64,000 bases of DNA from Carcharhinus longimanus (taxonomy: Eukaryota), in NCBI GenBank assembly GCA_030264375.1, contig JASCQW010000032.1, forward strand, positions 70,136,581-70,200,580, in the 5' to 3' direction. Under the pieces are notes generated by a model that was not told the DNA's origin, did not search any database, and saw only the letters and a program-made list of their open reading frames with translations. The position numbers and the translations under genes were made by a program. Below, one piece after another: positions 1 through 12,469 of the stretch (positions within the stretch are counted from its first letter, which is position 1; the number at the start of each line of letters is the position of its first letter).

Positions 1-630
1 GATTTTTGTTTTTTTTTCTGGGTATCCCGTTCGTGTAGTTTAAGTTTCATCTGGTGAGTTCACTTAAAAGGGAGGTACGGTTACAGCAAAACTTGAAAGA
101 CAGCCAATGTTCGGAGACATATGGATAGGCAGCATAGATTACAGAGGTCATTTCTGGGGAGAGGTGAGATGACACCACTGAGACTGTGTATATCAGTAGT
201 TCATGGGAAAGGGAGAATATGGAGTAAGGGAAGCAGTCTCAGCTTTTGACAGAAAATTCATATATTGAATTTGCACTTATGTATTCATATTGCAATTTTG
301 TCATACTCACTTTTCACAATTATTTTCACTCCTATCATGCCTGGATAATATCTGGGGTGACATTTAGATATTATTATTGGATATTACAAAAGACTTGCCT
401 TCCAGTCTTCCAATAGTAGGTGGCACAATTCCACTTCTCAAGAAATTTCTCCTTATTAATTGAATTTTTTTCCCCCATTTTTCATTTCTCTTCTATCACA
501 TCATTCGAAGCTTGCACCTCTTAATTTAGAGTCTGCATTTCTCAGTGAGGAACCTTCATTCTGAGCAGTTAAACAGCCTCATTGATATTTGTCCAACTTG
601 CAAATTCCCCGTAGGGAAGTCTCTTCTCAG

Positions 631-950
631 TTTTTTCTTCATCCATGGGACATGGGTGTCGCTGGCTGGCCAGCATTTATTGCCCATTCCTAGTTGCCCG
701 AGGGCAGTTGAGAGTCAACCATGTTGCTATGGCTATGGAGTCACATGTAGGCCAGACCAGGTAAGATTTCCTTCCCTGAACATTAGTGAACCAGATGGGT
801 TTTTCTGACAATCCACAATGGTTTTATGGTCTTAATTCCAGACATATTTTATTGAATCCAAATTCCACCATCTATCACTACATGATTCAAACAGGATCTC
901 CAGAACATTAGCTAAGTTTCTGGATTAATAGTCAAGTGATCACCTCCCCA
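631..950 (-). mobile_element. Shark tRNA-derived SINE whose 3' tail is shared with the CR1-group LINE at 32.7-33.2 kb
   Basis: The reverse complement ends GGGCAACTAGGAATGGGCAATAAATGCTGGCCAGCCAGCGACACCCATG, matching the LINE end at 33150-33215. The body matches the partial copy at 13255-13490. Confidence 0.8.
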
Positions 951-1063
951 TATATTTGTCTTTATTTAAATTTATTTCATGGGCTAAATAACAGAATATA
1001 AATATTTTAAATTTAACCTGCATGCCATACTTTCCCTGCTCAAGCCAACTGTCTCCTAACATG

Positions 1064-1160
1064 GGGTGGGATTTTCCCGAAGACTGGAAATTCTCATCCG
1101 AAATCAAAAGACTTTTAAATGATTTGTAGAATTATCTGCCCTCCCATTATGATTCCATCC
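1064..1160 (+). mobile_element. Degenerate partial copy of the ~120-bp MITE
   Basis: Begins GGGTGGGATTTTCC, and the internal layout resembles the copies at 14498, 24578, 37327 and 59331. Confidence 0.45.
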
Positions 1161-1774
1161 ATGGTATCCCATTCTCCTTGGGTCTCATGTTGTGTTCTTC
1201 TAGTCCTGAGCTCCAGCCATGACCTTACCCAGCCCAAATCCAGACACGGTCCTGCTCACGAACTATGGCACTCTGTCACCCATTCTCTTGCTGGCCTCAA
1301 TACATTCAAGCCTTTGTCGGCCTGCTTGAGTGTTTATCTACCCACTGGCAGTCCTCATCTGGGCTTCTTGCTTCCTGTAATATCCATTGCCATCCCATGT
1401 CCTCCTATCTGCTGGTTATATTTAACCTTTAGAGAGGTTGCATTATGTGCAAAAGTGCAAAAACTAAATTGTTATTTCCAGCTTAATATTGGGAAAAAGA
1501 TTTTAGTTCAGACAGGTGAGGGAATAGGTGAAGAGATAGTATGGGAATAGGAAGGTCCTGGGGTAGGGAATTCAATAAAGTGATTTTCTTTGCCAAGTGC
1601 AGTCACTAATGTTAATAAGAACATATGTTCTTATTAAGTGCAATCACTAACGTTATGCAGGCAAATGTGGCATCTATTTTTTTTAATGCTGTAATGTCCC
1701 AGAAACAACAATGGATGGTATAGAGTTGGGGTGGAGTGGAGTTGAATGGAAGATTAAAGGAGGGGATGAGGTTG

Positions 1775-1905
1775 GCCACTGAATTTATTTATGATCTCAG
1801 CTGAAAGGCTGCACCTCTGTCAATGCAACACTCCCTCTGCACTGCACTATAGTATTGGCTTAGATAGTGTATTAAATTCCTGAAGTGAGACTTGAAACCA
1901 CATCC
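1775..1905 (-). mobile_element. Deu-domain-like (SacSINE1/AmnSINE-type) SINE fragment
   Basis: GAAAGGCTGCACCTCTGTCAATGCAACACTCCCTCTGCACTGCACT...GTGAGACTTGAAACC resembles the antisense of the Deu-SINE core and B box, recognised from memory. Confidence 0.55.
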
Positions 1906-2848
1906 ATGCAATTATGAAAATTGTACCTTAGGTTTAGGCATGGGTTGCCTCAAAATGTAAGATACCATTTTTGAGGCTAAGCTTCCACACTCTGCTACAT
2001 CTTAGTCGATTTCTTGGAGATGCATCAGATCAGCCTCTACTTATGGACAATTTCTCACACCATATAGAGAATTAAAACTATGAGTTAGTATTCTGTCACT
2101 CCAATCTCCTCTCCTTCCTTCTCTCCACACAATGAAATTAAGCATTTACCGTGTGTCGAATCAGTAAGCATAGACACACACCTTGGCACTCTACTGTCCA
2201 GTTGGTCAGCTTTGTGTGTTTGTAAAAACTGTCCACCATAATACTTTCAATAACTACACATAGCAGGGCAGTCGGACTTAAGATAGGAACACTATTGTTC
2301 TGCAAGAAGCTGCATATCTTAGCTGCTGACAATTTTGTTATTGCAGTCAGAATGGCAACAAGAGGATACACCTTAAAAATATACTTCTATATCCATTTAT
2401 AAAATACCTTATTTGCCAAAATAAATAGTAAACAGTAAAAAAAAGGGTCGTTAACAAATTAATTAATACTGACCTCTTGTATCTCCAAAAAAGAATGCTG
2501 CCACGTTCATACAGTTTTTCCCATGTTTCATAAAATATTCTAAAATTGCTATTCATGGCAATGAATCAAAGCGCTCGAGTTCTTTGAGGTGAATATGTTT
2601 TTTAAAAAATATCTGTGGGAACAATTAGAACTGGTCAACAGAAGTTAAAGCCAGCTGCACAAATATAGCCTTTCCCAGATACAAAGAAATGATAAGCAAG
2701 TTAGGAAATAGTCTATGAACTCACTGGTCTCGTCTTGTCAGGTCCTGCGCCCTTTCCTCTCCACTCTCTGTCAGCGGTGATGGTAACTGAGTTTACATGA
2801 AACTTATACCTATCTTGAACAACAGTCTCCAGTCCACCTAGACATTAT

Positions 2849-2974
2849 GGGCAGAAGTTCCTGTTCGACCCACCATGGGAATTGTTGCGGGCGCGGACAG
2901 AACCATACGAAGGTCCATTGACCTCAGGTTGGAATTTCTGGCCTTGGGGTGAGGGCAGTTGGAAAATCCCACCC
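2849..2974 (-). mobile_element. ~125-bp MITE, PIF/Harbinger-like
   Basis: Ends are GGGCAGAAGTTCC...GGAAAATCCCACCC, with flanks TAT/TGT. It is the reverse complement of the family at 14498 and 59331. Confidence 0.7.
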
Positions 2975-3091
2975 TGTGAATCATACTTGTGTGTCAGTTA
3001 GCAGACAGGAGATGTTTACTCTTGAGTCAAAAAAAAGAGCATCATCTTTCAGCTGTCAGCTTTTAGCTAATATATATTTATTAACAGTTTT

Positions 3092-3323
3092 GGGAGGTTG
3101 GTTAGCTCAACTGGCTGGACAGTTAGTTTGTGATGCAGAGCGATCTCAACAGCATGGGTTCAGTTCCCATACCAGCTGAGGTTATTCATGAAGGCCCCAC
3201 CTTCTCAACTTTGCCCCGTGGCTGCGGTTTGATGATCCTCAAGTTAAATTGCCAACAGTCAGCTCTCTCTGAAAGGGGAGGGCAGACCATGTTCATCTGG
3301 GATTATGGCGACTTTACATTACC
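3092..3323 (+). mobile_element. tRNA-derived SINE (third family)
   Basis: A-box-like GGTTAGCTCAACTGG and B-box-like GGGTTCAGTTCC at tRNA-like spacing, followed by a unique body ending GGCGACTTTACATTACC. There is no full cloverleaf. Confidence 0.65.
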
Positions 3324-3760
3324 TTTGAAAATCATTCAGGAACATTGCTGAGCTGACTTTTTCAATTTATTGTTTAGCATACCCAGTGCAAGAAGACATT
3401 AAGACGGGATATGTATGCAGTAGAATATTAAATACCCAGTTATTACTTTTAAAAATAGATCTAATTATTCTAATTCTTAGTTTAAAAAATGGTAATTATT
3501 CTCGGGAAGAAATTTACATTTCTCTGTTTTGCCAACTGTGTGTGCAAGGTTTACCTATCTGACCATAAGTGGTATTAACATATGGATCCAATTAACAGTG
3601 TCTCTGGGGACATAGCGGTGAAAGTGTTAACAAATGTGCACAAACAAAAGTGATATTCTACCTAGCCTCAGCGATAAATGTTAAAGGACCATTTTTAAAG
3701 GAAACTCTTTATATTTTTTGCAATTTGTTTGCTGAATGTATTTAGGGGGTTTTATTTTGC

Positions 3761-4071
3761 TTTGATTTGATTTATTATCAACACACATGTTGTTATAGAG
3801 TGAAAAGTATTGTTTCTTGCACATTATACAAAGCATACCATTCATAGAGTATATAGGTCAGAAGGAAAGGAGAGAGTGCAGAATGTAGTGTTACAGTCAT
3901 AGCTAGGGTGTAGAGAAAGAGCAATTTACTGTAAGATAGATCCATTCAAAAGTTTGATGGCAGCAGGGAAGAAGCTGTTCTTAAGTCGGTTGGGACCTGA
4001 TCTCAGACTTATGTATTTTTTTCCTGATGGAAGAAGGTGGAAGAGAATATGTCTGGGGTGCACGGGGTCCC
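3761..4071 (-). mobile_element. Rex1/Babar-like LINE 3' end
   Basis: The minus strand encodes DPVHPRHILFHLLPSGKKYISLRSGPNRLKNSFFPAAIKLLN, the Rex1-type C-terminal motif, followed by an (ATCAA)n tail. Similar to 27128-27427 and 31195-31602. Confidence 0.8.
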
Positions 4072-4289
4072 TGGTTTTAGCTGCAGGAACTGTATTGATC
4101 CACTATATGAAAGGGATTCCATTCCTCCTGGTGCTAAACCCAAACATTCTCACTTTTACATTGTCCTTTACAATGAGAGCTTGCCAGCTTTAGTCATTTG
4201 TTAGGCTTTGGGCTATCTGGATAGTTAAAATGTGTTCCAAGTTAATTGAGGCTACTGTCACTCCTTAGTCAGCTGCTTAGAAGTGATGG

Positions 4290-5196
4290 GGGTGGTTCGC
4301 TCTGCTGCTGCAACAGTGCAATGGGCCGGGAGACATCAGTGGAGGCCATTTTGCGGGCATCCCACTGGGCAATCATGCCTCCGCACATCTCTGGGACCAA
4401 GATTTTGCCATCAGCCCCGGGCCTGCTAACCTCTCCGCCCCGTCAGGAGTAGTTCACTCCAGCGAGGTTTATAATTGCCCCCCACTAACGGGGGACAGAT
4501 GGCCAATCTGGCTTGAGTGAAGAAAGGCCACTGAGGGCCCTCCAGGAGGTCAAGGGTAAGAGGGATGCCTCTTGAGACTGCCTCCAGTGGAGGCCAGGCA
4601 TCGCCCAAGGGACAAACTGGCAATGTCCAAGGGGCAACTTGACACTGCCTGCAAGGCATCAGGCAGAAGCAACGGGGTGGGGCTAGAGGGGTGGGTCCAT
4701 TGGTTCCTACTAGACAGCTGATCAACGGGAGTGGGAAGGTCGCGCTGCCATTTTGACAAAAGATCGTGGGCAGAGGGTAGGAAGAGGAAATTGGGCTAGC
4801 CATCCAGGTGGGGGAGGATATCAGGGCTGCTGGGGAGGTTGGGCCAACTGAGGGAGGTTGGGTCAGAGGGTAGGGAGTACATAGGGGCTGGCCCAGAGAG
4901 ATCCAGGAGGCCAGCGATCGGGCTGGCCAGCGATCGGGAAGCTGGCAATGCGGGGCCAGTGAGCATGCGCCAATCTCAGCGCTAACAGATCAGCCCATGC
5001 GCAATGGCCAGTTCAGTGCCATGCTTCCAGCCTCTTAGGTAGAAATAGGCCCGTCCCACTGATTTTCAGAGGGAATCCCACTGGTGCACTCTGGGGGAAT
5101 TCCATACTGAAAGTCCTGCTGAAAAAAGCAAACAGGAGTCACTCCCATTTTCCCACAAACTGGGGACTTAGAATCTTTTTGGGAGTGTCCCGGCCA
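4290..5196 (-). mobile_element. GC-rich non-autonomous DNA-transposon-like element
   Basis: An abrupt GC-rich block in AT-rich DNA. The reverse complement of its right end (GGCCGGGACACTCCCAAAAA...GGGACGGGCCTATT) resembles the left end of the element at 33308. Confidence 0.55.
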
Positions 5197-7729
5197 TTGT
5201 TTTTCCTCTGTATTAATCGGGAAACTTTTGTTACTTAGCACAACTTCAGGGAATAAAGCCATGAATCTGCTTCTATCACTCAATCTCTTTATGTCCTCTG
5301 GCACCAACTTTTTCGTTCCTTGTCATCTGTGATTCAGGTTCAAAACTAAACAATTTAGAAAGAAGATTTAACATGGTACAGCACAACTCGTAAAAAGACA
5401 TTAGGAAAAAATAAAGGTTTTAAGGAGCTGGTTAAAAAAAAGGCACGATCGAGACAGAGAAACAGAACCTGAAGAAATAAGATCAGGACAATCAAAGCCC
5501 TTAATATATAATAGCATTGATGGTGAAGGTATTAGATTTCCTGTTAGGTGTGGCTCAGAATATGGGTGGGGACTTGTAAAAATTGTAATGCTTTAATATG
5601 ATGGAAACATTTGAATGAGCTCATAAACTGTTCAAGGAAAACTCAATCACATTATAAACATCTAAATGTTAAACAATATCGCAATGTTGATTTCTTCATA
5701 AATAATTTAGGAACTGAACTGACTGAATTCCTCTACAGAGAACAGGCAAGATCTTAGTTTCAGAATGGCTCTATGGGTGAATGGCATGGAGGTGGTGGGG
5801 CTCTCAGTTACCAGTTGAAGAGCTATTGTGAGCCTCGTGTCACATCTTTCCAGGGAAGTCGCCGATTCAACTCAGGAACTTGAGTTGATTATAGTAAAGA
5901 ATCAATCAACCTCTTCCCCCACTGCCCCCTCTGCCCTCACCCCCATCCCTCCCCCCTTGTAAGACTGTTTGTCTTAACTGTTGTTAACCTTGTCTGAATG
6001 TTCAATAAATTTGTCTCATAGTTTATGGCACAGCCAAAAAAAGTGTTTTTTTTTGTCTATTTTGTGGCTGTACATGAGTGATCACTGTAAATTGGATTAA
6101 TATTTACCTAACTATTGAACTAGTAAAGGGACAGTCTAGTTTGTTTGAGAGAGGAGGATCACTTGCAAGGAGAAATGAAACTTGTAGCAGTAATTGGTCT
6201 ATCAGTGAATGGATTTCATAGCCGGTCTCAACCAACATCATTCTGATGCTCTGATGCAATTGGAACATTTTTAAAATTCAGTGTTGTAAAAGTGCACATA
6301 ATCGTCAAGTAATGAATTTTTAAACTTCTTGCTGGTCCTGATGTAAATCCTTTTATGGCTTGGATAACAATCAGAGTTGCTCAACAACTAATTCTTTACT
6401 AAAAGCAGCTGAACAGCTCTTTGTCAGAAATCAGTTGTAACATACCAGGTATCCATGATGCTAAACTGTAATACCTCTTATCGTGGTTAGTCTTAAGAAG
6501 AATGTATTGTAAGTGTTCCCCCACAGTAATGTTCCCCTTTAATGAAGAGCATACTGAAGTGATGAGAAAAAAGTTTCTTTTCTTAATTTATCAAACATGT
6601 TAATCGATTTCTGTGAATCAATGGATTCACAATATTCGGTGTGCTGTGACTGAAGATCTGAAAACAATTGAAGTCGTGGGGTTGCATCAAAAATTACCCT
6701 ATTAAAAAAAGCCTGAATGATTTGATACTGTACGTTTCAATGTAGAAATACCTGTAGAATTAACTATCTTAGGTCATTGCTCTGTTCATACTCAAGTTCT
6801 GTTCTATCAAGTGACTACTTGTATGGGTCAAGACAGAAGAACATTCTATATATTACCTATTCATGGATTCCTTTGACGTCTCCTATTTACCTTGCCTTCA
6901 CGCACTGTCCGCCTGTTATCTTCTGACACTATTCTGTATCTTTGTGCCAACCAATTTGTTCCATTCTGGCCAAATATTCCGTCAGCATTTAAACATTTAT
7001 TTGACTTTCTCAACATTGCACTAAATAGCTTTTAGCCTGTCACAGATGACAGGAATATCCAGTGGTCAGTCAGCTTGCACATTGATCAGGAAAAGGGAAA
7101 ACAGGAGCTCTAGCTCTAGAGATTTTCAGTGAAAAGTGAACACGTGCCTTAGCTGTATTTGCAAAAGAACATTTTTATCAGTTTTCTTGTGACAGCAGAG
7201 TTCAATAGAAAATAGTTGGAGCATGCAAAAACAGAGTGGTAGTAAGTTAGGCTTGCATGACATGATGGATCTCAGCTATGACAAACAGAATTGGAAGAGC
7301 TTCCCTTGGGTCTAGCTACCAGCTATATACTGTATGTTTCTTGATTTCTTACTGTGCAAGAGTGCTTTTCAGTATCAATGTACTACTTCTCAGAATTATT
7401 ATTGAAACTGTACAAGCGAAAAGCCATGTTGCTGGTAAATGAAAGATAGAAAATATTTCGGAGTTAGACATATCAAAAGATGTTTTATATTCCCACGTGC
7501 ATTGTTCCAGGTTAACTCAGTCCATATCGTCAATTCAGCTTGTTAGGCCTATAAAAATCTACTCTAATAAAATTTGTTATGGTTCATTGAACTTCTTTAC
7601 TATATGTGCCTACATGTTGGTTTGGGGCGGTTAGCTCAATTCTGGTACTATCACTATTAAATTCCTATCTGTCAACTCTGCAGCAAAGATAGGGCCGTAA
7701 TAATTCTTTCTGCAGTTGTCAGTTCTGAA

Positions 7730-8180
7730 CTATCCTTGGCGCTTGAGTCATCTGTATCCCTTTCTGTGACAAGTCATTCTTGATGTTTTCTATTCAGCAC
7801 TTCCTTGATCTTTCTTGGTTTCTTGTTCCATGTACTTCTGTATGCAGGGCCATGAAAGGCATTCTCACTATTTCCATTCTTGGAACATGTTCAAACCATC
7901 GTATGGTTAGATTTTCAATATAGCTGTTTTTTATTCTCTTGTCCATGATATATTCTTACTATATCATTCTGGTTCCTCCCAATATTCTTCCCAACAAACC
8001 CATTTCTCCTGTTCATATCTTTTGTTCATCAATTTTTCAACACTTGGCGTATGTTTAATAATAGCAACCTTCATTTCATCAACTTGTAGCGTTTTTACGA
8101 AAATATATTATTCTTCCATATCCTTATTGACTTTCCAAAAGCAGCAGAAGCATATTCAATTTTTTATATATTATGTCTTC
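7730..8180 (-). mobile_element. Ancient RTE-clade LINE, C-terminal ORF remnant
   Basis: The minus strand reads IRWFEHVPRMEIVRMPFMALHTEVHGTRNQERSRKC*IENIKNDL, matching the RTE C-terminal pattern RW(F)GHVxRM..RxP..G.R..GRPRKRW.D.I..DL. Confidence 0.7.
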
Positions 8181-8187
8181 TTTACAA

Positions 8188-9180
8188 CTGTGACCAGTGG
8201 AGACCTGTGACCAGTGGTGTGCCTCAGGAATCAGTGTTGGGTCAACTGTTATTTGTCATTTATATTAATAATCTGAATGAGAATTTAGGAGGTAAGATTT
8301 CTAAAATCCTAGAATTTAAGAAGTAAGTTTGCAGATGACACCAAGATTGGTAGCATAGTGGTCAATGAAGAAGAGATTGCAACGGGATCTAGATCAATTG
8401 GCCAGTGGGCTGATGAATGGCAGATGAATTTAGATAAATGCAGGGTGATGCGTTTTGATAGATTGAACCAGGACAGGACTTACTCAGTTAATGGTAAGGT
8501 GTTGGGGAAAGTTATAGAACAAAGGGATCAAGGGGCACAGAATCATAGGTCCTTGAAAGTGGAGTCACAGATGGACAGAGTGGTAAAGAAAGCATTCGGC
8601 ATGCTTGGTTTCATTGGTCAAAGCATTGAATACAGGAGTTGGAAAGTCTTATTGAAGTTAAACAACTCATTGGCAAGGCCACACTTGGAATATTGTGCAA
8701 AGTTCTAGTCACTCTATTATAGAAAGAATATTAAACTAGAAAAGTGCAGAAAAGATTACTAGGATGCTACCGGGACTCGATGGTTTGAGTTATAAGGACA
8801 TGCTAGGTCGACTGGGACTTTTTTCTCTGGAGCGTAGAGGTGATCTTTTGGAGGTCTATAAAATAATGAGGGATATAAATCAGCTAGATAGTCAATATCT
8901 TTCCCCAAAGGTATGGGAGTCTGAAACTAGAGGGCATAGGTTTAAGGTGAGAGGGGAAAGATACAAAAGGTCTAGAGGGGCAATTTTTTCACACAGAGAT
9001 GGTGAGTATTTGGAACAAGCTGCCAGAGGTAGTAGTAGAGGCAGATATAATTTTGTTTTTTAAAAAGCATTTAGATAGTTACATGGGTAAGATGGGTATA
9101 GAGGGATATGGGCCAAATGCAGACAATTGGGACTAGCTTAGGTGTTAGGAAAGGAGGCGGCATGGACAAGTTGGGCAAAA
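8188..9180 (+). mobile_element. 5'-truncated CR1 (HER1-like) LINE: RT C-terminus plus 3' UTR
   Basis: [42 protein letters not shown] and TRGHRFK motifs, with frameshifts and stops (ORFs 8358-8708 and 8764-9063). Confidence 0.93.
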
Positions 9181-9199
9181 GGAGAAACTAGGTAAAAGT

Positions 9200-9880
9200 G
9201 AAGTGTTATTGACTAAGGGTGGCATTGGTGTAAAAGTTAAAGGTGACATTGGTTCAGGAGATCAGGACATGGAACTAGCTTGAGTAGAGGTGAGGAATGG
9301 TCTACAGGCCCCCTAACATAAACCACAATATAAGGCGAAGTATACAGAAGAAATATTGGGTGCTTGTGATAAATGGATGGCAATAATCATGAGTGATCTT
9401 AATCTACCTATAAAATGGAAAAATCAGAATGGCAGTGTAGTCTGGCTGAGGAGTTCTTAAAATGTTTTGCTATAGTTTCTTAGAATAGCATGTTCTGAAA
9501 CCAACAAGAGAGCAGGTTATTTTAGACTTGATGTTATCCAAGATGACAGGATTAATTAATCACTTCAGAGTAAAGACCCCCTAGGTAGCAATGGCCACAA
9601 TATGCTAGAATTTTACATGCAGTTTGAAAAGTAGAAGAGTGGGTCTAAGGCTAGAATTTTAAAATTAAATAAGGATAACAATGTGGGCATGAAAAATTGA
9701 GCTAACTGGATACTAGGCTGGGGGATACTCTAATAGAAAAGAAGTGGGAGATATTGAAGAGGATATTTTAGGGTACTCAGAATAAATATATTCCAGCTGT
9801 AAAGAAAAATTCCAAATGGAGGAACCATCATCCATGGATAACTAAAGGAGTTAAGGAAAGCATCAAAGTTAAGGGGGAAA
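9200..9880 (+). mobile_element. CR1 ORF2 endonuclease-region fragment (degenerate)
   Basis: YRPP, AIIMSDLNL, PTREQVILDL and PWITKGVKESIK motifs. Confidence 0.8.
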
Positions 9881-9904
9881 AAAAACAATTCAGAGTACAC
9901 TCAG

Positions 9905-10460
9905 TGCTCTTGCTATCCTCAGTGCTTCTTCCAAGTGGTGTTCAACATATAAAAGAGTACTAATCATCAGGACATCAACCAAAGATTATCATGTGCATGT
10001 CTGTCCTGATGCCATGAGATTTCATGGTGCCTAGAGTCAATATTGATCACCCCCAGAACCACTCCTTTTCATCTGTATAACACTGGGACACCATCTCTGT
10101 TGGGTTCATCCTGATGATGGGACAGAACATACCCTATGATGGTGATTGAGGAGTCTGCCACATGGGCTCAAAGTATGATTCTCTTTACATTGCTACGTAA
10201 AATGTTGCTTGACTGATCTGTGGGACCGTTCTCAGGAGGACTTTGCACAAGTGTCCAAATGTTAGCAAAGAGGCCTTTTCAAGATCAGCTATGCTTTGTC
10301 ATTTTTGAATCCAATGCCAAACCATCTGATTTTATTTTCATTACGTTTTGTTATGGTGGTTGGATTTTGGTTTGAGTGATTTACACGGTCATTCTGAAGA
10401 GAGAGTAAGAGTTAACCATATTGCCACTGGATTGGCCAAAGGCCAGACTGAGTAAGGACA
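9905..10460 (-). mobile_element. Degenerate LINE fragment, probably the same CR1-group family as 50.3-52.2 kb
   Basis: Recognisable but heavily mutated shark repeat text such as GATGCCATGAGATTTCATGG and TTCTTCCAAGTGGTGTTCAAC. Confidence 0.45.
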
Positions 10461-10644
10461 ACAGCAAGATTAAAGGTCTGATAATATCAAAGGCAATTTG
10501 CAGCTGTATATGGATTTGCTGCAAAGATCAACATGTCCTTACGTTTGCCAACATTGCCTCAGAAGTGCTTCTATTTAACCTGAACCAAGTATCCAAGACC
10601 CTTTCTCCACATTGTGGAAAACTTTGACTTCCAATAACACCTAA

Positions 10645-11070
10645 GACCGGGATTCAGTATAGAGGCAGTGGCTCCGCTCATCAGCTGAGAGATTGGAGGT
10701 GAGCTCATCTCTGTCTGCCTCAGAAGCCCTCTCTCCATTTTTCAAAGCCTAGGAATTAGTTTCCTGAAGCTGTAGCTTTCTCCCCTCTGTGGAAGGGTGT
10801 CCATCTTCCAAGAGCAGCATAGCAATTAGCGCAGTCTTTCAGCAGGAAGGCAGGATACCTGACCATGAGGAACCTCCTGTCCAGAGCCTGCAGGCAGGTA
10901 CGCGTGGCAGCCTCTTCATCCACCCGTGCCACCGCTGGTAGAGTAGCACCAGAGACAGGAAGGTGACAAGCATGGCAATCCTTGCCCTCACCATCTCACC
11001 TGATTTCTCACTACTACCATCCCCTTCCTGCTAGCATGTTTCTGCAGGGGTGACGGTATAAAATTCCAGT
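10645..11070. mobile_element. Degenerate non-autonomous DNA element with MITE-like terminus
   Basis: A GC-richer block ending TAAAATTCCAG, like the MITE right end. Confidence 0.4.
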
Positions 11071-12469
11071 TAGTAACATTGAAATTCATAGCCATAGATG
11101 TTCATTGACATTGAAAAGTGCAATCTTTCCCTGATGAACTTGCATATATGGCCAAACAAGATTGCAATGTAATTATTGCTTAAAATATATTTTATATTTA
11201 ATGACATTCTCAGTAACCTGTTTCTGAAAACAAATTTACAATTTTAGTATTCAAGCTAAATGTCCCTAACACATACCTTAAAATCTAATGTCATGATTAA
11301 CTTTATTATAATTCTTTGTTACATATCAACGTAACTACACCATCATAAATCATTGCCTTTGGCAATGTTTTGGCATTAAAGATGCTGTGTAAATATTTAT
11401 TTCCTTTCTGCACCACATTACCTATATTCTGTTGGACAATGAGAAACTAACATGATATTCTGTAATATTAAAACCCTCTTATAAAAAGTATGGCAAATAT
11501 TCATTTCTAATTTTTAAGTAAGTCATCCTCTCTTCATTATCAGGGATTCACATAAAAGGTACTGCTAAATCAGACCTCGTAATCGGAGATGCAGTCTCTA
11601 TATTCCACCTAGCTACACCATTCCAGTGCTGGAAGTGTTAAACTTATTCTCTATTCATGCTACCCGCCCCACAGAGATCATATTCAGATCAGGAGAGGTT
11701 GATTTAAGCTGACTGTGATTTCCCCAGGGTTTGTATTGAGGGCATCCCTCAGTCAAGTTCATACATGGAGAGGTGTTTAATTACGTGCCTTACACGTACA
11801 ATCAATGACATTTGTCCAAGTTAAGAGCAGCCTGATATGAACCTCCATTAAGTGCCCTGATCCAAACTGAGAGCAAGATACAGAAGTGTTTCTGGTGACC
11901 TGCCTGAATAACTTTTAACTATTTTTAGGTAAGGCTTTTTATTGTACAGTAATGGCTTCAAAGAAGAGACAATTATAAATGTGCAGCTGCAGCATACTTT
12001 CTTTTACTTAAACCATGGATTTCAAAGAAGATTTTACTCAATGCTCAGAACCCTGTCAGGATTGTGTCTGATACTGAGATGACAATTTGTAGATTTCCCA
12101 GGAACTCCAGCCCTCCAGCAGATTTGTAAGTTGGTAATGTAGCAGATCCCAGAGTCATAACATCTATCTCTCAAAAGGGAAAGGACCCCAGGGTAACAAT
12201 GAACTGGGAGACCCAGTCCACAAAATGTGAATTAAAATTGCATCCTGCTGACAGGTCTCCAGAATTGAACACAATTCAAAGTGAGGGTAGAAGAGAAAGA
12301 TGATATTTGGCTCATCCAGTTTACTGTACATCCAATAACCATTTTGAAAGTAAGGGACACCTGTTTTAAAAAAAAAAGGATGTCTAAATGCCATTGTGTC
12401 CCTCGTTTTCAAATTCTGTTGTGCTAAAAAGAAGAAAGTGAAGTTTCTGCCGACATGTTAGAATCACCA

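Noticed and set aside
1119-1550. 143-aa ORF
   Set aside because: It spans a MITE remnant and probable L2 debris, and has no domain signature or splice support.
2138-2371. 77-aa minus-strand ORF as a full internal coding exon
   Set aside because: The acceptor is weak and the protein is not recognisable. Only its 3' part is kept as a speculative first exon.
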